Assembly (NCBI GenBank): GCA_903872875.1
Contig: CAIQMJ010001129.1
Location: 1 to 34,694, forward strand
DNA length: 34,694 nt
Reading direction: 5' to 3'
Origin: an uncultured Variovorax sp.
GTDB taxonomy: Bacteria > Pseudomonadota > Gammaproteobacteria > Burkholderiales > Burkholderiaceae_C
Every line of letters begins with the position of its first letter. The first letter of the stretch is position 1. Shown here one piece after another: positions 26,795 to 34,694 of the stretch. The notes under the pieces were generated by a model. The model worked only from the letters and a program-made list of their open reading frames with translations. It did not search any database and was not told where the DNA came from. The translations under genes and the position numbers were made by a program.

Positions 26795-27597
26795 ATCCCG
26801 CCGCCCTCACGCCTCCCATGACCACTGCCTACACGCCCCTTCCCAACACCTTCCGCCGCGACATCCTGGCCTCCAGAAAGTTGATCGGCTGCTGGTCCTC
26901 GCTCACCAGCCCGGTCACGATGGAGATCCTGGGCATCGCCGGCTTCGACTGGCTGCTGCTGGACACCGAGCACGCGCCCAACGACCTGCAGTCGCTGATG
27001 CTGCAGCTCATGGCGCTGAAGGACAGCGCCAGCGCGCCGGTGGTTCGGCCACCCTCGAACGACGCGGTGTTCATCAAGCGCCTGCTCGACCTGGGTTTCG
27101 TCAACCTGCTGGTGCCGATGATCGAATCGGCCGAGGAAGCGCGCCGCGCGGTGGCGGCCACGCGCTATCCGCCGCAGGGCATGCGCGGCGTCTCGGGCGT
27201 GCAGCGCTGCAACCGCTACGGCAGCCAGCCGGACTACGCCGCGCAGATCAACGACAACGTCTGCGTGCTGCTGCAGATCGAGAGCCGCGGGGGCGTCGCC
27301 GCGCTGGATCAGATCCTGGCCGTGCCGGGCGTGGATGGCATCTTCGTCGGGCCGTCCGACCTGTCTGCGGCCTACGGGCATTTCGGCGAGCCCAACCACC
27401 CCGAGGTGCAGGGCGTGATCGCCGAGGTACATGCGCGCACCCGCGCGGCGGGCAAGGCCGCCGGCATCCTGACCACGGTCGAGGCTGATGCGCAGCGCTA
27501 CATCGCGCAGGGCTTCCAGTTCGTTGCCGTGGGCAGCGACCAGACACTGTTCCGCGCCGTCACCCAGGGCCTGCGCGATCGCTTTTCCTCCGACTGA
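26791..27597 (+). CDS. garL: HpcH/HpaI class II pyruvate aldolase, GarL-like (2-keto-3-deoxy sugar-acid aldolase)
   Basis: PNTFR...IGCWS...EILGIAGFDWLLLDTEHAPND, IKRLLDLG, TRYPPQGMRGVS, QIES, GIFVGPSDL, VAVGSD; ATGA overlap with tctC (alternative start 26818). Confidence 0.88.
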   Translation: MNPAALTPPMTTAYTPLPNTFRRDILASRKLIGCWSSLTSPVTMEILGIAGFDWLLLDTEHAPNDLQSLMLQLMALKDSASAPVVRPPSNDAVFIKRLLDLGFVNLLVPMIESAEEARRAVAATRYPPQGMRGVSGVQRCNRYGSQPDYAAQINDNVCVLLQIESRGGVAALDQILAVPGVDGIFVGPSDLSAAYGHFGEPNHPEVQGVIAEVHARTRAAGKAAGILTTVEADAQRYIAQGFQFVAVGSDQTLFRAVTQGLRDRFSSD

Positions 27598-27606
27598 AAT
27601 CTCCCG

Positions 27607-29367
27607 ATGACCAACACCCGCAAGAAGATTCCCGAGACGCTGCGAAGCCACCGCTGGTACGGCGTGAAGGACCTGCGCAGCTTCGGCCACCGCTCGCGCA
27701 CCGCCCAGATGGGCTTCCACCGCTCCGACTACCTGGGCAAGCCGGTCATCGCGATCCTCAACACATGGAGCGACATCAACCCCTGCCACACGCACTTCAG
27801 GCAGCGGGTGGAAGAGGTCAAGCGCGGCGTCTGGCAGGCCGGTGGGTTCCCGGTGGAGATGCCGGCGCTCAGCCTCTCGGAGCCGTTCCAGAAGCCGACC
27901 ACGATGCTCTACCGCAACCTGCTCGCGATGGAGGCCGAGGAGCTGTTGCGCTCCTACCCGGCCGACGGTTGCGTGCTAATGGGCGGCTGCGACAAGACCA
28001 CGCCGGCGCTGCTGATGGGCGCCATCGCCATGGACCTGCCGACCATCTTCATGCCCGCCGGGCCGATGCTGCGCGGCGACTACCGCGGCGAGTTCCTCGG
28101 CTCGGGCTCCGACAGCTGGAAGTACTGGGCCGAGCTGCACGCCGGCAACATCACCGAGCAGGACTGGGAAGAGGTGGAAGGCGGTATCGCGCGTTCCGCC
28201 GGCCACTGCATGACGATGGGCACCGCCTCGACAATGACCAGCGTGGCCGAGGCCATGGGCATGACGCTCTCCGGCGCCAGCTCGATCCCCGCGCCCGATT
28301 CGCGCCACGCGCAGATGGCCGCGCTCACCGGCAAGCGCATCGTCGACATGGTGTGGGAAGACCTGAAGCCGAGCGACATCCTCTCGCCTGCGAGCTTTGA
28401 CAACGGCGTGACCTGCGCGCTCGCGCTCTCGGGCTCGACCAACGCGGCGATTCACCTGATCGCGATGGCGCGTCGCACCGGCTACGAACTCACGCTCGAG
28501 CGCTTCGATGCGCTGGCACGTCGCACGCCGGTGCTCGCGAACATCCGGCCCGTGGGGCGCTACCTGATGGAAGATTTCTTCTATGCCGGCGGCCTGCGCG
28601 CGCTGCTGGCGCAGCTCGGCGGCGAGCTGCTCGACCTACGCTGCCCGACCGTCACCGGCCGCACGCTGGGCGAGGACATCGCGGGCGTGCAGGTCTGCAA
28701 CGACGACGTGATCCGCAGCCGGCAGGACGCCCTCGTGCAGTCCGACAGCCTCGCGGTGCTGCGCGGCAACCTCGCGCCCGACGGCGCGATCATCAAGCCG
28801 CCCGCGGCCGAGGCGCACCTGCTGGTGCACACCGGGCGGGCGGTGGTCTTCGACAGCTACAACGACCTGTCCGAGCGCATCGACGACCCGGCGCTCGACA
28901 TCGATGCGAGCTGCGTCATCGTGCTGCGCGGCGCCGGCCCGCAGGGTGCGCCCGGCATGCCCGAGTGGGGCCAACTGCCGATTCCGCGCAAGTTGCTCGT
29001 CGAAGGCGTGCGCGACATGCTGCGCATCAGCGACGCGCGCATGAGCGGCACCAGCTATGGTGCCTGCGTGCTGCACGTCGCGCCCGAGTCGCACATCGGC
29101 GGGCCGCTGGCATTCGTGCGAAACGGCGACCTGATCGAGCTCGACGTGCCCGCGCGCAAGCTCAACCTGCTGATCTCCGACGCGGAGATGGCGGCGCGCC
29201 GCGCCGCCTGGCGGCCGCCCGAAGCGAAGTTCACGCGCGGCTACGGCACGCTGTACCTGCGTCATGTCAGCCAGGCGAACGACGGCTGCGACTTTGACTT
29301 TCTCGCGCGCGAGCCCCAGGGCGCGCCGCAGCCGGGCACCGTTTCCGGCGAGCCCGAAATCCACTGA
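27607..29367 (+). CDS. araD: IlvD/Edd family [2Fe-2S] sugar-acid dehydratase, L-arabinonate dehydratase-like
   Basis: Cys ligands in [23 protein letters not shown]; GAPGMPEWG; ISDARMSGT; C-terminal EPEIH (terminal His as in pentonate dehydratases). Exact substrate not established. Confidence 0.85.
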   Translation: MTNTRKKIPETLRSHRWYGVKDLRSFGHRSRTAQMGFHRSDYLGKPVIAILNTWSDINPCHTHFRQRVEEVKRGVWQAGGFPVEMPALSLSEPFQKPTTMLYRNLLAMEAEELLRSYPADGCVLMGGCDKTTPALLMGAIAMDLPTIFMPAGPMLRGDYRGEFLGSGSDSWKYWAELHAGNITEQDWEEVEGGIARSAGHCMTMGTASTMTSVAEAMGMTLSGASSIPAPDSRHAQMAALTGKRIVDMVWEDLKPSDILSPASFDNGVTCALALSGSTNAAIHLIAMARRTGYELTLERFDALARRTPVLANIRPVGRYLMEDFFYAGGLRALLAQLGGELLDLRCPTVTGRTLGEDIAGVQVCNDDVIRSRQDALVQSDSLAVLRGNLAPDGAIIKPPAAEAHLLVHTGRAVVFDSYNDLSERIDDPALDIDASCVIVLRGAGPQGAPGMPEWGQLPIPRKLLVEGVRDMLRISDARMSGTSYGACVLHVAPESHIGGPLAFVRNGDLIELDVPARKLNLLISDAEMAARRAAWRPPEAKFTRGYGTLYLRHVSQANDGCDFDFLAREPQGAPQPGTVSGEPEIH

Positions 29368-29376
29368 CCGGACGAC

Positions 29377-30579
29377 ATGATCGATTTCCAACCAGGGGTC
29401 ATCTGCCCGCTGGACGACCTCGTCGTCCTCGACCTCACGCGGCTCGTGGCCGGCAACATGCTGAGCCTGCAGCTCGCCGACTTCGGCGCCGAGGTCATCA
29501 AGATCGAGGAGCCGGGTAAGGGCGATCCGCTGCGCGACTGGCGCGTGGAAGGCATCAGCGCCTACTGGAAGGTGTACGCGCGCAACAAGAAGAGCGTGAC
29601 GCTCAACCTGCGCGAGCCCGACGGCCGTGCGCTGCTGCTGCGGCTGGCCGAGCGCGCCGACGTGCTGATCGAGAACTTCCGCCCCGGCACGCTGGAGAAG
29701 ATGGGGCTCGGCCCGCAGGTGCTGCTCGGGCGCAACCCCGGCATCGTGGTGGTGCGAGTCTCGGGCTGGGGGCAGGACGGGCCCTATGCGGAGCGGCCGG
29801 GCTTCGGCACGCTGGTCGAGGCGATGTCGGGCTTTGCCGCGCGCAACGGCTTCCCCGACCGCGAGCCGGTGCTGCCGCCGCTCGCGTTTGCCGACATGAT
29901 CGCCGGCCTCTACGGCGCCTTCGCGGTCATGACGGCGCTGCGCCACCGCGACAAGGGCGGCAGCGGCCAGGTAATCGACCTGCCGCTACTCGACCCGATG
30001 TTCTCGGTGCTCGGGCCCGAGGCCGCCATCTACCAGCTCACTCGCAAGATCAAGCCGCGCGTGGGCAGCCGTTCGAACACCTCGGGCCCGCGCAACGTGT
30101 TCCCGACACGGGACGGGAAATGGATCTCGATGTCGGCCTCGATGCAGGCGATGACAAGCCGGCTCTACACGGCGCTGGGCGTGCCCGAAATGATCGACGA
30201 CCCCCGCTTTCGCACCAACGAGGCGCGGGTGGCGAATGCTGACCTCGCCGAGGCGCCAATCCGCGATTTTATCTCGGCCCACACGCTGGCCGAAGGCATG
30301 GCGTTCTTCGAGAAGCACGAGATCACCGCCGCCCCGGTCTACGACATCGACCAGTTCGTGGCCGACCCTCATGTGCAGGCGCGCCAGATCGTGGTGGAGC
30401 TGCCCGACCGCGAGATGGGCACGGTGCCGATGCATGCGGTCGTGCCGCGGCTGTCGGTGTCGCCGGGCGCACTGCGCCGGCCCGCGCCCGACCTGGGCGA
30501 GCACACGGCCGAGGTGCTCGCGCGGCTGGGCGTGGACGACGCCGGCTGGCAGGCGCTGCGGCAGCGAAAGATCTGTTGA
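29377..30579 (+). CDS. Family III CoA-transferase (CaiB/BaiF)
   Basis: VLDLTRLVAG...LADFGAEVIKIE, RNKKSV, IENFRPG, SGWGQDGPY, catalytic Asp in FADMIAG, APDLGEHT. Confidence 0.94.
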   Translation: MIDFQPGVICPLDDLVVLDLTRLVAGNMLSLQLADFGAEVIKIEEPGKGDPLRDWRVEGISAYWKVYARNKKSVTLNLREPDGRALLLRLAERADVLIENFRPGTLEKMGLGPQVLLGRNPGIVVVRVSGWGQDGPYAERPGFGTLVEAMSGFAARNGFPDREPVLPPLAFADMIAGLYGAFAVMTALRHRDKGGSGQVIDLPLLDPMFSVLGPEAAIYQLTRKIKPRVGSRSNTSGPRNVFPTRDGKWISMSASMQAMTSRLYTALGVPEMIDDPRFRTNEARVANADLAEAPIRDFISAHTLAEGMAFFEKHEITAAPVYDIDQFVADPHVQARQIVVELPDREMGTVPMHAVVPRLSVSPGALRRPAPDLGEHTAEVLARLGVDDAGWQALRQRKIC

Positions 30580-30598
30580 ACCAAGGACGAAGACCGCA

Positions 30599-31525
30599 AT
30601 GACCGAGATGATCCATCAGGCAAGGCCGATGCCCGTGTGGCGATCGGTGCTGTTCGTGCCAGTGACCGTGCAGAAGTTCGTGGACGGCGCCCACAGGCGC
30701 GGCGCGGACGCCGTGATTCTCGACCTCGAGGACAGCGTGTTGGCCAGGGACAAGGAGCGCGCGCGCACGCTGGTGGCGGCGGCGGCCGAAACCGTCTCGC
30801 GTTCGGGCGCCGACGTGCTGGTGCGCATCAACCGGCCATGGCGGCTGGGCCTGCGTGACCTGGAGGCCGTGGTGGGCCCGCGCGTTTGCGCGCTGATGCT
30901 GCCGAAAACCGAGAACGCGCAGCACGTGTGCATGGTGGCCGAGGTGCTGGACGACATCGAGGCCGAGCGCGGCCTGCCGCGCGGCCACACCCGGCTCGTG
31001 CCAGTGATTGAGAGCGCGGCCGCCTTCTTCCATGCGCAGAAGATTGCGGCGGCGCATCCGCGCATCGTCGCGATGACGCTGGGCTCTGAAGACTTCTCGC
31101 TCTCGCTCGGCATGGCGCCGAATGCCGAGGGGCTGTTCTATCCCAAGCAGCACGTGGCGATCGCGGCGCGCGCCGCCGGCATCCTGCCGATGGGCTTCAT
31201 CGGCTCGGTCGCCGACTTCGGCGACCTGGAGGGCTTCCGTGCCATCGTGCAACGTGCGAGGCGGCTGGGCTTCATGGGGGCGACGGTGATCCATCCCTCG
31301 CAGGTCGAGATATTGAATGCCGAGTTCCGGCCCTCGCCGCAGGAGCTGGCGCACGCCCGCCGGGTGGTCGACGCCTTCGAGCAGGCAGCGCAGGGCAGCC
31401 AGGGCGCGGGTGCGGTCGAGGTCGACGGGCGGATGGTCGACTTGCCGGTGGTAGAGCGCGCGCTGCGGACGCTGGCGCGGCACGAGGCGGTGGAAGTCCG
31501 CGCGCGGGCGCCGGTTGGGGCCTGA
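30599..31525 (+). CDS. CitE/malyl-CoA lyase-like CoA-ester lyase
   Basis: RSVLFVP, GADAVILDLEDSV, LVRIN, MLPK, IES, LGSEDF, IHPSQV, DGRMVDLPVV. Confidence 0.92.
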   Translation: MTEMIHQARPMPVWRSVLFVPVTVQKFVDGAHRRGADAVILDLEDSVLARDKERARTLVAAAAETVSRSGADVLVRINRPWRLGLRDLEAVVGPRVCALMLPKTENAQHVCMVAEVLDDIEAERGLPRGHTRLVPVIESAAAFFHAQKIAAAHPRIVAMTLGSEDFSLSLGMAPNAEGLFYPKQHVAIAARAAGILPMGFIGSVADFGDLEGFRAIVQRARRLGFMGATVIHPSQVEILNAEFRPSPQELAHARRVVDAFEQAAQGSQGAGAVEVDGRMVDLPVVERALRTLARHEAVEVRARAPVGA

Positions 31526-31565
31526 ATCCGGGGTCTCAATCCGGGGGTAAGGCGGTCTCCCCTTA

Positions 31566-31607
31566 CGCAACAACGTACAAGGCCGGCGCGGCGCCGCCTT
31601 GAATAAT
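31566..31607 (+). promoter_or_regulatory. Conserved box CGCAACAACGTACAAG (31566-31581) + 20 nt + -10-like AATAAT
   Basis: Near-identical to 25727-25744, and shares downstream GAATAATCG. Confidence 0.72.
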
Positions 31608-31635
31608 CGGGCTTGTTGGAGACAAAGGACCTCAT

Positions 31636-32616
31636 ATGAAGAACTTCGGAAGAACCGGCTGGCGGATACTGGGCCTGGCGTTGGCGCTCGTGGCGCTGCC
31701 CGCGGGGGCGCAATGGATACCGACCAAGCCGATGCGCTTGGTCTCGCCCTATGCGGCGGGCGGAACGAACGACCTGCTGGCCCGCCTGCTGGCACAGAAG
31801 ATGAGCGAGCGGCTCGGACAGACCATCATCGTGGAGAACCGCTCGGGCGCCAACGGCATCATCGGCAGCGACAACATCGGCAAGGCGCCGGCTGACGGTT
31901 CCGCATTGCTGATGGGCAATTCGGCCACACACGGCATCAACCCCAGCCTCTATCCGAAGCTTCCGTACAACGCGGTGAGTGACTTTACGCCCATCGGCCT
32001 CATGGCGACCGTGCCGCTGATCTTGGTCGTGAGCGCCTCGCTGCCCGTCTCCAATGTCAAGGAGCTGATCGCGCTCGCCAAGGCCAAACCGCGTAGCATC
32101 AGCGTCGCCTCGCCGGGCGCGGGGTCGTCGCCGCATATCGCCAGCGAGTTGTTCCGCACCGCCGCGGGCATCGACACCGTGCACATTCCCTACAAGGGCG
32201 ACTCGCCCGCGCTCGCCGACGTGCTGGGCGGGCAGGTGACGATGATGTTCGCCAACATGCCCTCGGCGCTGCCTTTCGTGCAGGCCGGCAAGCTCAAGGC
32301 GTTGGCCATGACCGGCACCCGGCGCACCTCCGCCGCACCGGACATCCCGACCATGGTCGAGGCCGGCGTGTCCGGCGTCGACATCTCGTCTTGGTATGGA
32401 TTGATGGCGCCCGGCAACCTGCCGGTCGACGTCGCAGCACGGCTGGATGCGGAGTTCGTCGCGGTGATGAAACTGCCCGAAGTACAGCAGCGCATCCGCC
32501 AGCTCGGCGCCGAGCCGGCGATGGACGGCTCGCGCGAACAGTTCCAGCGCTTCGTGCAATCCGAGCTGGACAAGTACGCCCGAGTGATCAAGGCGGCGGG
32601 CATTCAGGTCGAGTAA
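31636..32616 (+). CDS. TctC/Bug substrate-binding protein
   Basis: KPMRLVSPYAAGGTNDLL, ENRSGANGIIG, HIPYKGD; AAGGA RBS; paralog of 25817-26794. Confidence 0.95.
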   Translation: MKNFGRTGWRILGLALALVALPAGAQWIPTKPMRLVSPYAAGGTNDLLARLLAQKMSERLGQTIIVENRSGANGIIGSDNIGKAPADGSALLMGNSATHGINPSLYPKLPYNAVSDFTPIGLMATVPLILVVSASLPVSNVKELIALAKAKPRSISVASPGAGSSPHIASELFRTAAGIDTVHIPYKGDSPALADVLGGQVTMMFANMPSALPFVQAGKLKALAMTGTRRTSAAPDIPTMVEAGVSGVDISSWYGLMAPGNLPVDVAARLDAEFVAVMKLPEVQQRIRQLGAEPAMDGSREQFQRFVQSELDKYARVIKAAGIQVE

Positions 32617-33665
32617 TCCTGCAGTCGATAGACGCGCGTGGCGGTGCCCCGGAAGAGCGCTTCCTTTTCCTGGGGCGTGCAGCCCGTCGCGAGGCGCTTG
32701 AAGGCATTCCACAAGACCGGGTAGCTGGTCATTCCCTTATCCACGCTGAAGTTGCTTTCGAACATGCAGCGCTCGGGACCGAACGCTTCGATGCAGGTCG
32801 CGATATAGGGTCGCCATGCCTCGGCCAGTTCGGCAGAAGAAGGCGGCCTGGGGCGCTCGTGGAAGCGCAGCCCGCTGAAGTGCATACCGAGGCCGCCCAG
32901 CTTCACCGTGACATTGGCGCAGGCGGCCAGGGCCTGAATCGCGAGCCGCCACGCCGTGAACACTTCGTCGCGCCGGCCTTCGTACGGTCCGAGGCCCAGC
33001 GGGCCGCCCACGTGGTTGATCACGATCGACGTGTCCGGAAATTGCCGTGCGAGGTCGAGCACCTCGTGCAGTTGCGTATGGAAGGCCCACACGTCGTACG
33101 AGAGTCCGAACGGCGCGAGTTCGGCGAATCCACGGCGGAACTGCGTGTCCATCAGCAGCCCTTCGCGGACCTTGCCCGAGTTGAGCGCGATCTCTTCGGA
33201 CGGATGGAACGCGGTCATGCAGCGGATGCCGCGAAAGCGCTCTGGAGCGATGCGCAGATGCGCCTCCAGCACCGACGCCACCTCGGCTCCGAGCGTGAGG
33301 TCGGCGTAGCCGACGATCGCCGCGCATGCGCGTGTCGGGCCGTACAGGCCGCTCGCGCTCTGCGCCGCGATGCCGTTGACGAACTCGGTTTCGCCCAGTG
33401 GCCGGAGTTCGTTTGGACCATCGGTCCGGTACATCGAGCGGCACTGTACGAACACCGTCGCGCGGATGTCGTGGCCGGTGGTCGTGTCGCGGAGCAACTC
33501 GTCGAGCATGTAGCGCTGGTCGGGCCGATCCCACAGGTGGTGGTGTGCATCGACGATGGGTATGTCGGGCTCGATGACCGGCTCGCTAGCCTGCTCGATC
33601 CATGCGGGCCGGATCGGGATGTGCGGAGGGGCGAATGCGGGTGACGGCGGTGGAGATGCGTGCAT
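32604..33665 (-). CDS. Amidohydrolase superfamily protein (COG3618, sugar lactonase-like)
   Basis: IVDAHHHLWD, ATVFVQC, GETEFVNG, RFRGIR, INHVGGP, VKLGGLGM, FGPERCMFESNF.VDK. Confidence 0.9.
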   Translation of the reverse strand: MHASPPPSPAFAPPHIPIRPAWIEQASEPVIEPDIPIVDAHHHLWDRPDQRYMLDELLRDTTTGHDIRATVFVQCRSMYRTDGPNELRPLGETEFVNGIAAQSASGLYGPTRACAAIVGYADLTLGAEVASVLEAHLRIAPERFRGIRCMTAFHPSEEIALNSGKVREGLLMDTQFRRGFAELAPFGLSYDVWAFHTQLHEVLDLARQFPDTSIVINHVGGPLGLGPYEGRRDEVFTAWRLAIQALAACANVTVKLGGLGMHFSGLRFHERPRPPSSAELAEAWRPYIATCIEAFGPERCMFESNFSVDKGMTSYPVLWNAFKRLATGCTPQEKEALFRGTATRVYRLQDYST

Positions 33666-33693
33666 GGAGGCGACCCTTCTTCTTCACTGAATG

Positions 33694-33735
33694 CGCAGCA
33701 TTGTCCTAGTGGCTGGCGACGCGCTCGCGGACGAT
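33694..33735 (+). promoter_or_regulatory. Degenerate conserved box CGCAGCATTGTCCTAG (33694-33709) + 20 nt + -10-like GACGAT
   Basis: Most divergent of the five copies, but same length, orientation and spacing; upstream of the last tctC. Confidence 0.5.
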
Positions 33736-33765
33736 CTTGCTCCTTGAACAGTGAAGGACCACACA

Positions 33766-34694
33766 ATGAAAGCCCAGATTCAGAGCGCCCTTGTAGGGCT
33801 GACCCTCTCGCTGCTCGGCGTTGCGCCGGCCCCGGCTGATGCCCAGAACTATCCGACCAAAGCGATCCGCCTGATCGTTCCCTTCGCGCCCGGCGGCACC
33901 ACCGACGTCGTGGCGCGCGCCACCGCGCTCAAGCTCTCGCAGCGGCTGAACCAGCCGGTGATCGTGGACAACCGCCCCGGCGCCGGCGGCAGCATCGGCA
34001 CAGACCTGGTCGCGAAGTCTCCGCCCGATGGCTACACGCTGTTGCTCGGCTCCTCGGGCACCTTGGCGTACAACCCCTCCCTGTACCCCAAGCTGCCCTA
34101 CGACCCGAGCCGCGATCTCGCGCCCGTCAGCATGCTGGCCGTGTCGGCGCTGGTGCTGGTGAGCGCACCGACCTCCGAGCTCACTTCCGCGGCCGAACTC
34201 ATCAAGCTGGCCAAGGCGAACCCGGCCAGGTACACCTACGCGACCGCCGGCACGGGAAGCGCGACGCACGTGGCATCGGAGCTCTTCAATTCGCTCGCGG
34301 GCATCGAGACCCGGCATGTGCCTTACAAGGGTTCTGGTCCGGCTACGGTGGGTGTGGTGGCGGGCGAGACCTCGTATGCATTCACGGGCCAGACGCTGGC
34401 TTGGCCGCTGGTCACCGGCGGCAAGCTTCGCGCGGTGGGCATCGCGAGCGACCATCGCAGCACCGAGCATCCCGATGTGCCGACGATCGCGGAAACTGGA
34501 TTGCCGAAATTCGATGCGGAAGACTGGTTCGCACTGCTGGGTCCGGCGGGCTTGCCCGACGCGGTCGCGAAGACGCTCAATGCGGAAATCGAGGCCGCGC
34601 TGAAGGACACCGAACTCAGGGCCTCGTGGGTGAAGCAGGGCATCGAGGTACGTACAGGTTCGCCGGAGCAGTTGAGCAGCTACATCAAGAGCGA
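33766..34694 (+). CDS. TctC/Bug substrate-binding protein, 3' end beyond the window (absent from the ORF track)
   Basis: Translated by hand from ATG 33766 (AAGGA RBS): MKAQIQSALVGLTLSLLGVAPAPADAQNYPTKAIRLIVPFAPGGTTDVVAR...DNRPGAGG...HVPYKGSGPA; no stop seen before the window edge. Confidence 0.92.
   Translation, partial: MKAQIQSALVGLTLSLLGVAPAPADAQNYPTKAIRLIVPFAPGGTTDVVARATALKLSQRLNQPVIVDNRPGAGGSIGTDLVAKSPPDGYTLLLGSSGTLAYNPSLYPKLPYDPSRDLAPVSMLAVSALVLVSAPTSELTSAAELIKLAKANPARYTYATAGTGSATHVASELFNSLAGIETRHVPYKGSGPATVGVVAGETSYAFTGQTLAWPLVTGGKLRAVGIASDHRSTEHPDVPTIAETGLPKFDAEDWFALLGPAGLPDAVAKTLNAEIEAALKDTELRASWVKQGIEVRTGSPEQLSSYIKS

Noticed and set aside
31525-31566. Tandem AATCCGGGG x2 and small GTAAGG/CCTTAC stem after the CitE-like gene
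   Set aside because: Too short, with no U-tract and only two units; not supportable as a terminator, REP or CRISPR.

Overview
GC-rich accessory region, probably from a betaproteobacterium (Burkholderiales-like; inferred from the gene families). It has four parts. (1) 1-3.7 kb is a decayed zone: a complete IS1182-family element (19-bp perfect TIRs, CTAG target duplication) inserted into an otnC-like aldolase, a truncated otnI/hyi-like isomerase, and fused remnants of an acyl-CoA synthetase and an aldo/keto reductase. (2) 3.7-11.7 kb is an IclR-associated module. A Liv-type ABC transporter is split over two divergent operons, with an SDR on one arm and an amidase on the other. (3) 11.7-13.1 kb is a scar with three pseudogenes, including DUF2274-like and AbiEii-toxin remnants that suggest an old ICE. 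(4) 13.1-34.7 kb is an apparently intact catabolic island. It encodes LysR and AraC regulators, five orphan TctC/Bug receptors, two family III CoA-transferases, an Ltp2-like thiolase-fold aldolase with a DUF35 partner, an MmgE/PrpD protein, a flavin reductase, an OCD/mu-crystallin protein, GabD, two lactonase-like amidohydrolases, a GarL-like aldolase, an AraD-like sugar-acid dehydratase and a CitE-like CoA lyase. The main new observation is a 16-bp non-palindromic box (CGCARYWWYSTMCWAG) found five times. Each copy lies 20-21 nt upstream of a -10-like hexamer and in the sense orientation of a transcription unit, which links most of part 4 into one probable regulon for an unknown substrate. No rRNA, tRNA or CRISPR array was seen. 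All protein family calls come from motif recognition by eye, not database searches.
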